From: a virus
Lineage: Duplodnaviria; Caudoviricetes
Direction: 5' to 3' (one strand)
IMG/VR virus record: IMGVR_UViG_3300012971_000067
Location: 1 to 29,467 of that record
DNA length: 29,467 nucleotides
Shown one piece after another: positions 18,102 to 26,478 of the stretch; position 1 is the first letter of the stretch; each line of letters begins with the position of its first letter. Below the pieces are notes generated by a model. The model saw only the letters and a list, made by a program, of their open reading frames with translations. It was not told where the DNA came from and searched no databases. The position numbers and the translations under genes were made by a program.

Positions 18102-18489
18102 GTCGTTGAGTCTCCCGCTGCGCCTTCTCCTGTTCGCGCTTCATCATTTCTTTTTCGTAGTTCGCGCGCTCCTCACTGATCTGCCTTAACAGCAGATATT
18201 CCATATAGGTCACGTCGCGGAGCGTCACTTGAAGCCCGCAGCGGATGGCCCAATCGAGGTCTACCGCGGCCTGGATCACCACGCCGCGGCCCGACGCCAT
18301 AAAGCGTTGCAGCGTCTCGCGCGGACATGCGCCACATGGGAGGGCAATCGGATCTTCGTCGAGCGCCTCCATATACGCCTCCGGGCACTCCGAGAGCCCT
18401 GGGCACAGGTCGTCGCGGCGAAACAGCCGGTTGAGGACGAATTTCGGTGACGGGTGCTCCGGCCAGGCCCCGTTCGTCAGATAGGGGTT
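18091..18489 (-). CDS. Tail assembly chaperone GT C-terminal part (-1 frame extension of G)
   Basis: The -1 frame opens at 18489, just before the G stop, and reads NPYLTNGAWPEHPSPKFVLNRLFRRDDLCPGLSECPEAYMEAL...CGAC... to the stop at 18091, overlapping the tape measure start. Confidence 0.7.
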   Translation of the reverse strand, partial: NPYLTNGAWPEHPSPKFVLNRLFRRDDLCPGLSECPEAYMEALDEDPIALPCGACPRETLQRFMASGRGVVIQAAVDLDWAIRCGLQVTLRDVTYMEYLLLRQISEERANYEKEMMKREQEKAQRETQRRGR

Positions 18490-19085
18490 TCATCAGCGCC
18501 ACCCGCCATTTCCGCATCGAGCGCCTGAACCACTTCGCGCATGGCTTGTTCCTTGTGGATGGCCGGAATCGGCCCCTCGTAATCGACCGAAGCGCCGTCG
18601 CACTCGCGCCACAGCTTGAGCCACGCATCCATGTTGGTTTTGGTAGACCACAGCCCATGCGGAAGGATGGTCGACTTTGCGGCCTCTTTCTGGGTTTTGA
18701 GCACCTGGTCGGCGGTCGGCAGTTTAAGCATGTGCGTGACGATCTTCCCGCCCAATACCTTCAGCTTCACGATGGCCGAGGAAGCGCCCAATTCGACGCC
18801 CATGCACTCGCACGCCGCGACGGTGTTCAAGAGCATGGTCGCTTCGCCGGCTGTCAAATCCGGAGAGCCGTTCACCCGCACCTGGTTGTAGATATTCAGG
18901 TCGGAATCGCCGGGCTCCACCTCGATCTGGCTTTTGCCGCGGCCGAGTTGCCGCTGAAAGATGGTGCGCTGCGCGTTGCGCTGCGACCACTGCTCATCGG
19001 TCGGCCAGTTAATGACAATTTCCTGGAGCCCGGACGCGCCCGCTGTGCGGAGGCGCGTCGCGAGTTCCGCGGTCGTATTGAACAT
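18477..19085 (-). CDS. Tail assembly chaperone (gpG-like)
   Basis: 202 aa between the tail tube and tape measure; strong SD AAGGAG. Confidence 0.75.
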   Translation of the reverse strand: MFNTTAELATRLRTAGASGLQEIVINWPTDEQWSQRNAQRTIFQRQLGRGKSQIEVEPGDSDLNIYNQVRVNGSPDLTAGEATMLLNTVAACECMGVELGASSAIVKLKVLGGKIVTHMLKLPTADQVLKTQKEAAKSTILPHGLWSTKTNMDAWLKLWRECDGASVDYEGPIPAIHKEQAMREVVQALDAEMAGGADETPI

Positions 19086-19110
19086 TTAATCCACTCCTTT
19101 AACTAGTCGT

Positions 19111-20274
19111 TTACAGCCCGAAAATCTGGTCCTGCTCTGTGATCGCCGTCAGCTGAACCATGGGAGTTACGCCATCGGTCGGCTTCATGATCTTGGTCGT
19201 GCATTGCACCGTCACGAGCCCATCGGCGTCGCCGGTCGTATAGGCGCTTTGGAGCGTCCGCGGAAACACCAGGTCAATCGCGTGGGTCGCCGGTCCCGCT
19301 CCGATCATGCCGCCGGTGATTTTGATTTCCGTATTGCCTTCCACCTGATTCAGCAGGTTCTGAAGCTCGACGGAGCCTTTCTGAGCGCGCGCGACATAGG
19401 TGAGCGAAAATTCGCGCGTGTTGTATTCCATGCGCCCGCGAATCGCAAAGCCGTTTTGGGAACCGGAGCCAGGATAGTAACCGGAATCGGTCCGGATGTT
19501 GTTCGAGTAGCGGAGCTCAAGCGAAATGAAGTTGCCGCCTAGCAGGTAGTCGATGCCGTTGACGGTCAGCACGGCGGCGCTCGTGGCGTTGAGCATGTGC
19601 TCTTTGGTCGTGGCCGGGAGAGTGACGCCCGAGGGAGCCTGAGCGTTGCCGGTCCCGAGGCAGTTCACCATCAGCTTCGCGTTATTGCGGCCGGGCCCGG
19701 AATCGAGCGTCAGCGTGAAATCGTTGACGCACATTCCGATGAATTCATGGTCCACAACAGCGTCGACGCCTGGCCGGATCTGCTCTACCCAGGTGAACGC
19801 CGGAACGTTGATGCAATCGACGGCCGGATCGGACACCACAGCGGTGTAGGTCAGAGCGCCGGGCGCCGTGCCGGTCTTGGTTCCCTTTCCGAGCGCAAAC
19901 AGAAACGTCCAGGCCGCGAATTCCGAGCTCAGGTATTTCTCAATCGGAACGGTGGTCGATGCGCTCTGGGGGTAATTGTTCTCTGGAAACTCGTCGCCCT
20001 TGCCGATGTCTTGAGCGTCGTCTTCCGAGGTGAGCTCGATGGTTCCGAGCACATTGTTCACCTTGGTAAGGCTCCACAGTTCGGGAACGGTATTGGCCGT
20101 GACGAGGTCCGGCTGGGGCTGAAACCCAAAACCGATTTTGGTCTCGCGCACATTTGCGGGACAGCTGGTGGTTCCCGCTTTGGCGTTCTTGCCGTTCTTG
20201 CCATTCGCAACCTTGCGCGGTGGCGGAGGCGGCATTTGCGGAGGGGTCGAGGATGGGGGCTGAGGTTGCGCCAT
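19111..20274 (-). CDS. Major tail tube protein
   Basis: 387 aa, beta-rich; FIGMCVNDFTLTLDSG...AKLMVNCLG tube-like pattern; SD AGGAG; canonical position. Confidence 0.8.
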   Translation of the reverse strand: MAQPQPPSSTPPQMPPPPPRKVANGKNGKNAKAGTTSCPANVRETKIGFGFQPQPDLVTANTVPELWSLTKVNNVLGTIELTSEDDAQDIGKGDEFPENNYPQSASTTVPIEKYLSSEFAAWTFLFALGKGTKTGTAPGALTYTAVVSDPAVDCINVPAFTWVEQIRPGVDAVVDHEFIGMCVNDFTLTLDSGPGRNNAKLMVNCLGTGNAQAPSGVTLPATTKEHMLNATSAAVLTVNGIDYLLGGNFISLELRYSNNIRTDSGYYPGSGSQNGFAIRGRMEYNTREFSLTYVARAQKGSVELQNLLNQVEGNTEIKITGGMIGAGPATHAIDLVFPRTLQSAYTTGDADGLVTVQCTTKIMKPTDGVTPMVQLTAITEQDQIFGL

Positions 20275-20276
20275 GG

Positions 20277-20738
20277 TTAGAGGTCTCCTGTTTCGGTAAT
20301 CTCGCAGCGGATCACATATAGATCCACCTGCTCTTCATCTGTCACCCGCTCGATCAGTTGAACCTGGCCGGGCAGTGTTCCCGGCAGGAATTCGCACATA
20401 TACCAGCGCTGCCCGTCGCCGGGATCGGGCACGCCTTTCATCAGCAGATTGATAATCGTGAACGCGCTCTGACCGGGCTGACCGCGCACAAAATAGGAAA
20501 AATTGTGAACCCACATCTCCATGGTTTCGGCGGAATTCCGAGCGCTCTGCTCCCATCCGACGAGCACGGAGCCGGCTGGCGACTGGTATTGCGCAAGCAC
20601 CCAATCGTTCATGTCGGGGTTGATGTCGTAGTACGCAATGACGTTGGCCGGATCACCGTCGGCAAGAGCGGCCACCAGTTCCGGAATCGCGCGGAAAGTG
20701 TCCACCTGAGCGTTCGTGAGTTCGATCAAGTCAACCAT
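20277..20738 (-). CDS. Putative tail terminator / tail completion protein
   Basis: 153 aa, acidic, directly before the tube gene. Function inferred from synteny. Confidence 0.6.
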   Translation of the reverse strand: MVDLIELTNAQVDTFRAIPELVAALADGDPANVIAYYDINPDMNDWVLAQYQSPAGSVLVGWEQSARNSAETMEMWVHNFSYFVRGQPGQSAFTIINLLMKGVPDPGDGQRWYMCEFLPGTLPGQVQLIERVTDEEQVDLYVIRCEITETGDL

Positions 20739-21216
20739 TGACGATGGGTATCCAGGCCCGCTTCATCTTGTCCCCGAAAATCTCTTCGCCTTTCTTGAAA
20801 ATCGCGACCTGCTCCTCTCCCGAAAAGCCGATCATTTGCTCGTAATTCTGCGCGCGCTGCGCTTTCTGCTTGGCGAGGCGCGAGGTGTTTTCCGCGCGGA
20901 TTACGCCGTCACGCGCCTTTCTGAGCTGAAAATTGGCGATGGTGTCGCCGGTCATTTTCATGTCGCGCTTGGGCTTGGTGTTTCCGGTGTAAGCGCGCTT
21001 TTCGAAGATGTATTTAACCGAAAGCGGCTTGGCGGCGTTGCCTTCCGCGTTGATGGCCTTCGACCAGCGCTCCTTTTGGTTTTTGACCATCAGGTTTCCG
21101 ATGTCGGTGTAAGCCCGCATGTCGAGGTTGGGCGCCTGAATGCGGCCGGTGCGCTTCACCTTGATGGTCATGTTGAGGCGCGCGCGCACCAGCGCCTTGA
21201 GTCCTACCGTGCCCAT
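20731..21216 (-). CDS. Putative neck / tail-completion (virion morphogenesis) protein
   Basis: 161 aa from ATG 21216 (SD GAGGAG); basic; RDMKMTGDTI motif; synteny. Confidence 0.6.
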   Translation of the reverse strand: MGTVGLKALVRARLNMTIKVKRTGRIQAPNLDMRAYTDIGNLMVKNQKERWSKAINAEGNAAKPLSVKYIFEKRAYTGNTKPKRDMKMTGDTIANFQLRKARDGVIRAENTSRLAKQKAQRAQNYEQMIGFSGEEQVAIFKKGEEIFGDKMKRAWIPIVNG

Positions 21217-21566
21217 CGCTTGCTCCTCTCGACGAGGTTGCCTTGCTCCCGGAGCGTCAGCCGCGAGAATCCAACGGCGTCCGCCTCGACGCGCTGAACG
21301 TCGAACGACATCGCGCCGTCCCACACCTGGTCGCCCTTTTGTGGGCCGCCGGCCAGCGATGAATTCTGGACGATCAGGATCGAGTAGCGCCCCGGCGAGG
21401 TCGGCTCAAACTCCGCGCCTTCTTTCCACAAGCCCTGGATTTCGAGCGGCGTGTTCAGGTCGGCCCGCTGACGGTAGCCGACCGTGCGGCCGAACATCTC
21501 CAGTTCGCGCTGCCAGAGGATCGGCGCGAAGGTCTGAGCGAATTGTGAGAACGAATCAGCAGCCAT
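21204..21566 (-). CDS. Head-tail joining protein (gpFII-like)
   Basis: 120 aa beta protein with PQKGDQV...FDVQRVEADAVG pattern; follows the capsid gene. Confidence 0.7.
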   Translation of the reverse strand: MAADSFSQFAQTFAPILWQRELEMFGRTVGYRQRADLNTPLEIQGLWKEGAEFEPTSPGRYSILIVQNSSLAGGPQKGDQVWDGAMSFDVQRVEADAVGFSRLTLREQGNLVERSKRWAR

Positions 21567-21586
21567 TTAACTGTCTAGCCATCTGT

Positions 21587-21673
21587 CCCGCGCCTCTGGG
21601 GAGTGGATTGAATGCCTCGTACAGAAGCGCGGGCTTTTTCCCGAACCGAAACGGCGTTTCCGGCCGCGGGAAA
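21587..21673 (-). ncRNA. Putative structured RNA downstream of the capsid gene (two hairpins; second has an anti-SD/anti-AUG loop)
   Basis: Hairpin 1 is TTTCCCG...CGGGAAA (21673-21637). Hairpin 2 is CCCGCGCTTCTG-23 nt-CAGAGGCGCGGG (21633-21587; 12 bp, one G-U); its loop contains CATTCAATCCACTCC. Confidence 0.45.
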
Positions 21674-21675
21674 CT

Positions 21676-22698
21676 CTACGGAAGAACGTGAGACGCCGCT
21701 GACGCTCCGATGCGGTAAGGAACCACGAGCGGAGCGCTCTGCATCATCACGAAACGGACCGAGGGATCGGGCTCGATCCACGATTTGACGAAATACGGAA
21801 CCGCCTGGAGGCCCGCTTCCTCGTCCCGAATCGCGCCATAGGCTTGATAGCCTTCGATGGCCGGCGAACACAGAATTGCGGTGCCAGCCGGCAGGATGGG
21901 TTTCTCGACGCCGTCGGCGGGGTCGACGTACCACGAGCTGTAGGCGAAGATATTGAATCCGGCCAGCGTGCCCATGAAAACGCCACCTTCGAGGATGGGC
22001 GCTTCGTTGGTGAGCGACGGTGGAGCGGTCCAGGTGCGATAGCGGTCGAGCTGAGCCTGTACCTGGCTATTGTTCGCAAAAGCGGTCCAGGCGTCGACGG
22101 TCATGATGACATCGCGCGGCATCGCTCCGGTCGCTTGCAGGATGGTCATGGCCCAGTTCTCGATGTCGGTGAGCGGCTTGGCGGTCGGCTGGTCCCAGGT
22201 GATCGCCGGAGGTGGCGTTACCGAGCGGCCGAAATCGACCACGACGGTCGGATATTTGTCGCCGGTAATGGTCACTTTGCCGGTTGCGAGAACGGCGCCG
22301 GCCATGACTTCGAGGCGGCGACGAAGCATGGCAAGCTGATCCTGCATGTCTTGGGCGATTAGAGCGCGAAGCCGGTTGATCGGCGTCATGGTGCCGCCAA
22401 TGGCTTCGCCGGGCGCGCGCTTCAGTGGCCGGTTCATGTCAAAGACGCGCTTGTCTTTGATGTAGGCGGGCTTGAATTGCGAGGTCGTGTATCCGAGCGA
22501 TGACACGATCTGGCCTTCGACCAGCGGCGAGACGAAGGGTGAAATCCTGCGCTTGCCGATCAGCTGATCGAACATGATGTATTCCGCCGCGTCGGTCTGC
22601 ACGTTCGCGAAATAGCGGTCTAGGAGGAATTGGGATTCCCCCAGCAGCGATGCGACTACGGCGTTAAGAACCTCGGTCGAGTAGATATCGAATGCCAT
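21676..22698 (-). CDS. Major capsid protein, lambda gpE family
   Basis: 340 aa; FLLDRYF, SPFVSPLVEG, FKPAYIKDK, RRRLEVMA, VVDFGR and MQSAPLVVP motifs; SD AAGGAG. Confidence 0.95.
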   Translation of the reverse strand: MAFDIYSTEVLNAVVASLLGESQFLLDRYFANVQTDAAEYIMFDQLIGKRRISPFVSPLVEGQIVSSLGYTTSQFKPAYIKDKRVFDMNRPLKRAPGEAIGGTMTPINRLRALIAQDMQDQLAMLRRRLEVMAGAVLATGKVTITGDKYPTVVVDFGRSVTPPPAITWDQPTAKPLTDIENWAMTILQATGAMPRDVIMTVDAWTAFANNSQVQAQLDRYRTWTAPPSLTNEAPILEGGVFMGTLAGFNIFAYSSWYVDPADGVEKPILPAGTAILCSPAIEGYQAYGAIRDEEAGLQAVPYFVKSWIEPDPSVRFVMMQSAPLVVPYRIGASAASHVLP

Positions 22699-22716
22699 GT
22701 ATGCTCCTTTGCCCTC

Positions 22717-22739
22717 GAGCGCCGCGCCGTTCGGCGCTC
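22717..22739. promoter_or_regulatory. GC-rich hairpin between the decoration and capsid genes
   Basis: GAGCGCCG-7 nt-CGGCGCTC just upstream of the capsid SD; no U-tract; possible mRNA-stabilising element. Confidence 0.4.
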
Positions 22740-22755
22740 TTGGACGGTTCCTTTC

Positions 22756-23484
22756 CTACTTCTTGTCTCCCGGTTTATGGCCGGTCTGCTGATGCTGCGG
22801 GTGAGGCATATTGCCGGTAGGTTGGGGATGCTGCTTTTTCCCTTCCTCGTCGAGCCCAAGCTCTTTGGACAGTTCCTCGCCGGGGTGAAGCGCGGCGAGT
22901 TCTGGGTGCTTCTCGCGCTCTTCGGGCGTGAGATAGGCGTAAGGCGCGTCGGTGGCTTCCTTGCTGGGCTTGGCCGCTTCCTCCACGGCTTCCTTCTTCT
23001 CACTGCGGTTGCGCTCGACGATGGCCTTGGCGTTCTTGGCTTCGTCGGGGGTCGGAGCGGTCTTGACGGTCGAGCCGTCGCGCCATTCGGTCGATTCGAT
23101 GAGAATCGATACCTTGCGGCAGTTCTCGGAGGTGATCGCGTGATTGGTCTGAGCGGGATCCCAGATAATCGCCGCTGCGTTGAACTTGCCGGAAACGTAA
23201 GCGATGGACTCAACCGGGGTTCCAGCCGTCGCGTTGGTGGTGTCGCAATCTTCCGCGATAATGACCGGCTCCGCGCCGTCCCCAGCGGTCAACAGGCCGG
23301 TCGCGGGCGCGAACTGGCAGATGGTTCCGCGCTTCACGACGGGTCCGAGCGGCGCGGCCACGGCAGCGGCGAATTTCGCCTTGCGCGTTACGACGTCATC
23401 TCCGTCGGTCAAGAGCGGATCGTAGTTGTAAGAGCCGACAGAGCTAAAGCTTGCCAGGCCCAGAGGATTGTAGGTAGCTCCCAT
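22756..23484 (-). CDS. Head decoration protein (gpD-like) with charged C-terminal extension
   Basis: VKRGTI...PVIIAEDCDT...AYVSGKFNAAAIIW gpD-like motifs in the first ~140 aa; located between the protease and capsid genes. Confidence 0.85.
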   Translation of the reverse strand: MGATYNPLGLASFSSVGSYNYDPLLTDGDDVVTRKAKFAAAVAAPLGPVVKRGTICQFAPATGLLTAGDGAEPVIIAEDCDTTNATAGTPVESIAYVSGKFNAAAIIWDPAQTNHAITSENCRKVSILIESTEWRDGSTVKTAPTPDEAKNAKAIVERNRSEKKEAVEEAAKPSKEATDAPYAYLTPEEREKHPELAALHPGEELSKELGLDEEGKKQHPQPTGNMPHPQHQQTGHKPGDKK

Positions 23485-23515
23485 GTTGCGTTGGTTTCCT
23501 TTCTCTTTGAGCGCC

Positions 23516-23941
23516 TTAGCTGGCGCGCTTCACTTTCCGGGTTTGCGGCACGAACGCAAGGATTCGGCCGGCTTCTTCTTGCGCTGTGCCTTCGACCTGG
23601 GTCGTGTCGATCACGCCGACCTTCGGATTGGACACTTGAGCCATGGCGTGCTCGAGCGGATTCACTGGAGCGGGAGCCGCGGCCTTGGGCGAAGCCTTGA
23701 GGGTCATGATGGCGATTTCCGCGCTCATCTCCGGGCGCTCGAAAGCCAGGAACCGCGCGAAAGACTCGCGGCCTTCGGCTTCGGGCGAAGTAAGGATCAG
23801 CTGGACGCGCGCGCGTTCAGCGGTGGCGATGGCCGCCGCGTCCGGTTGAGCCGGAAGCGGTGGCGGGACGGGCGGCGCTGCGGCTTGCGGAGCGGGCGGC
23901 GCAGCCGGAACGGGCTGAGGATTTGGCTGAGTGTCTGCCAT
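23516..23941 (-). CDS. Nested in-frame scaffolding protein (Nu3-like)
   Basis: Internal ATG 23941 preceded by AAGGAG at 6-nt spacing; 141 aa, Pro/Ala-rich, with AERARVQLILTSPEAEGRE motif. Confidence 0.75.
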   Translation of the reverse strand: MADTQPNPQPVPAAPPAPQAAAPPVPPPLPAQPDAAAIATAERARVQLILTSPEAEGRESFARFLAFERPEMSAEIAIMTLKASPKAAAPAPVNPLEHAMAQVSNPKVGVIDTTQVEGTAQEEAGRILAFVPQTRKVKRAS

Positions 23942-24841
23942 TACTGTCTCCTTTTGAATTGCGGCGGGCGCCGCTGGTTGACCGAGAACAAAGACAGGGG
24001 CTCGTTCGGTGAGTCCCTTCAAAAAGCCCTCGAACGGCGAGACGCCGTCGATCATGCCGGCCTTCATCGCTTCGCCGGTGGTCACGACAAAGCCCTGGCC
24101 GAAATCGGATTGGACGCGCTCTGGAGTCGCGCCGCGGAACGCTGCCACCTTGGAGATAAACAGGTCCGCGGCGCTGTCCACCATTGCCTGAATTTGCGTG
24201 CGGCCCTCCGCCGATGATACGGAGAGCCCCTTCTTCGGGCTTTGGCTCGAAACGATGGTGTACCGCTTGACGCCCTGGCGCTCCTGCGCGGCCGAGTTAT
24301 CGAGCACCGACGCGATCACGCCGATGGAGCCCACGCGCGCCGCTTCTTCCGCGACGATGCGCTCCGTCGCGGACGCCAGCCAATACGCCGCGGACGCGGC
24401 CGTGCCGTCGACGTAGGCGTAAACCGGCTTGCGGTCCCTGGCGCTGCGAATGAAATCCGCCATGGCGTTGATGCCGTCGACCTGGCCGCCCGGCGAGTTG
24501 ATGTTGAGCACGACTTGCTCAATCTTGGGATCGGCCAGCGCGGTTTCGAGGTCTCGCGCCAGGGATTCGACCGACGTGAGCCCGCTGACCGCATCGAAGA
24601 GCGAGGCGTAGCGGACAATCGGGCCTTCGATTCCCAGGATGGCCGTTCGGCCGCGAACGCTGACGCGCCCTCCGGTGTTTTCGAGCGGACGCCCCACCTG
24701 CGTCTCAAGCGCCTGGAGATCGGTATGCGCGTGGTTCAACACCCGGTCGAGCAGCAGCGCGTACATGTCCTCGGTGATGGCCCACGGCTCCGTGGTGAGC
24801 GCCTGGACGATGCGGAAATACGGAATACGGGATTCACTCAT
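23516..24841 (-). CDS. S49 family capsid maturation protease (gpC-like)
   Basis: 441 aa from ATG 24841 (ATGA overlap with portal); INSPGG, AASAAYWLAS and VGSIGV motifs. Confidence 0.95.
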   Translation of the reverse strand: MSESRIPYFRIVQALTTEPWAITEDMYALLLDRVLNHAHTDLQALETQVGRPLENTGGRVSVRGRTAILGIEGPIVRYASLFDAVSGLTSVESLARDLETALADPKIEQVVLNINSPGGQVDGINAMADFIRSARDRKPVYAYVDGTAASAAYWLASATERIVAEEAARVGSIGVIASVLDNSAAQERQGVKRYTIVSSQSPKKGLSVSSAEGRTQIQAMVDSAADLFISKVAAFRGATPERVQSDFGQGFVVTTGEAMKAGMIDGVSPFEGFLKGLTERAPVFVLGQPAAPAAIQKETVMADTQPNPQPVPAAPPAPQAAAPPVPPPLPAQPDAAAIATAERARVQLILTSPEAEGRESFARFLAFERPEMSAEIAIMTLKASPKAAAPAPVNPLEHAMAQVSNPKVGVIDTTQVEGTAQEEAGRILAFVPQTRKVKRAS

Positions 24842-26478
24842 GGCTGACCTCCTGGCTGCTGTTCCGGTTGTTCGCCAGCGGGCGGCGACTTCTGGTATGG
24901 GACAGGCTGAGGCAATCCAAGATCGTCGATGCGCGCGGTCTCTAGCGCCCGTTGTTCGAGCACCTCGCGCCAGTCGAGACCCTGTTCGGCGCACTCCTGC
25001 TCGAGCGTCGACACCGAGATTTCCATGCGCAGTTGAGCGGCTTCGGCTTCCTTGACCGGGTCGACCCAGCCGCGGCCCATGCCGATCCACTTGCAGCGCG
25101 TGTAAAAGTACTGGTTGGCGTAGAAGTCCGGAGCGTCGATCATGCCGGCGTTTACCGCCTCTTCAAGAAACAGCCGGTAGACCGGCGTCGCCCAGGAATT
25201 CGCGAGCCAATGCCGCCGCACGGTAAAGAAGCGCCACGCCTCCATGAGAGCGGCCCGCGCCGAACTGTAATTGGTCTTCGAGAAATCCTTGAGCGCGAGC
25301 TCGTAGGGAAGCCCTATGGCGGTCCCGATCTGCCGTGAGACCGATTCGACGAACGCTGGAAATTGAGCCGCGGGCCTCGCCGGTATGAACGGCGTCATCT
25401 TGTCGCCCGGATAGAGCGGAATCATGGAGCCGCCTTCGAGCCGCACCCGATAGGCTTGCTTGGCCGCGAGATAAGCGTTGGGATCGCCGCCGAACATCTC
25501 GACCAGTTCATTGCCCGTAACCGGCGTCTCGATCACGCCCGCGACGATGGCGTTGACGATGGCCGATTGAAGCTCTGTCCGCTGGTAGCTGTCGAGCATC
25601 CGGAATTGCTCAATGACCGGCGTGAGGATGGGACGGCCGCGAGATTGGCCGATGCGCTCTTTGACGTGCATGTGCAGCACGCGCTTGCGGCCCCACTGTG
25701 TTTCCGCCGGAATCCGCTGCCAGTCGTCGGGGGAAAATGTGAGGTACGATCCAAAGCCCCAATAATCGGCGGCCGTGCGAATCCAATAGGCCAGCGGTCG
25801 CCCGAAATCGTCGCGCTCGATGCCGCCGATCACGCGCCGCCCGTCGATTCCAACCGGAGCGCCCACCATTCCCGAGCCGCCCCAGGAGCCGTATCCGTAG
25901 GCGCCGCCATAGCCGAAGGCAAGCCCGTCCTGAATGGGATTCCCCAGCCGGTCGGATTCGATCAGCTGAAAGCAGGTGCGGAATGGCGTTTCCGGCCGCG
26001 GGCGCCACAGCGGGAGCGCCAGGGCTTCGCCGTTTTCAAGCGCGGAGCGAAACACAAGCTTGGTCATTTCCGCGAAGGTCAACTCCGCGGCGACATCGCA
26101 CGCAGCGGTGTCCGCCCAGGAGCGCCACAGAGCTTCGACCTGCTGGCTCCACTCCGCGGCCCACTCAATGGATTTGCCGAGCGCGCGCCAATCCGGATAA
26201 GCGGCAAGTCTCAGCCCGAATCCGGCGACATTGTCTTGGAGGGTCTGGAGCCCGCCCGCCGCGACGCCGTTATTTCGGTCGAGATCGCGAGACCGGGCAA
26301 CCAGCGCGGGCAGGTCGGGCAGAAGATCAGCGTCGGGCGGCAGCTTCGCCGGAGTCCAGTTCGAAAGCTGCTTGCGGAGGATCGAAGCGCCCGAATGCGA
26401 GGTGTCGTAGGGGTCGCGCGCGGTCATCTCGGGTTCGGACGACTTCAGAAACACCGCGCGATCATTCGTCGAGGTCAT
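24838..26478 (-). CDS. Portal protein, lambda family
   Basis: 546 aa from ATG 26478 (ATGA overlap with gpW); RSRDLDRNN, LIESDRL, GQSRG, NYSSAR and WVDPVKE motifs. Confidence 0.95.
   Translation of the reverse strand: MTSTNDRAVFLKSSEPEMTARDPYDTSHSGASILRKQLSNWTPAKLPPDADLLPDLPALVARSRDLDRNNGVAAGGLQTLQDNVAGFGLRLAAYPDWRALGKSIEWAAEWSQQVEALWRSWADTAACDVAAELTFAEMTKLVFRSALENGEALALPLWRPRPETPFRTCFQLIESDRLGNPIQDGLAFGYGGAYGYGSWGGSGMVGAPVGIDGRRVIGGIERDDFGRPLAYWIRTAADYWGFGSYLTFSPDDWQRIPAETQWGRKRVLHMHVKERIGQSRGRPILTPVIEQFRMLDSYQRTELQSAIVNAIVAGVIETPVTGNELVEMFGGDPNAYLAAKQAYRVRLEGGSMIPLYPGDKMTPFIPARPAAQFPAFVESVSRQIGTAIGLPYELALKDFSKTNYSSARAALMEAWRFFTVRRHWLANSWATPVYRLFLEEAVNAGMIDAPDFYANQYFYTRCKWIGMGRGWVDPVKEAEAAQLRMEISVSTLEQECAEQGLDWREVLEQRALETARIDDLGLPQPVPYQKSPPAGEQPEQQPGGQP

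Noticed and set aside
21556-21678. Capsid stop readthrough or frameshift extension
   Set aside because: Only ~40 codons with no Ig-like or other domain; better explained as RNA structure.
21612-21788. Plus-strand SD and ATG opening a short ORF antisense to the capsid gene
   Set aside because: No promoter or protein features; the SD-ATG look-alike is simply the complement of the anti-RBS loop.
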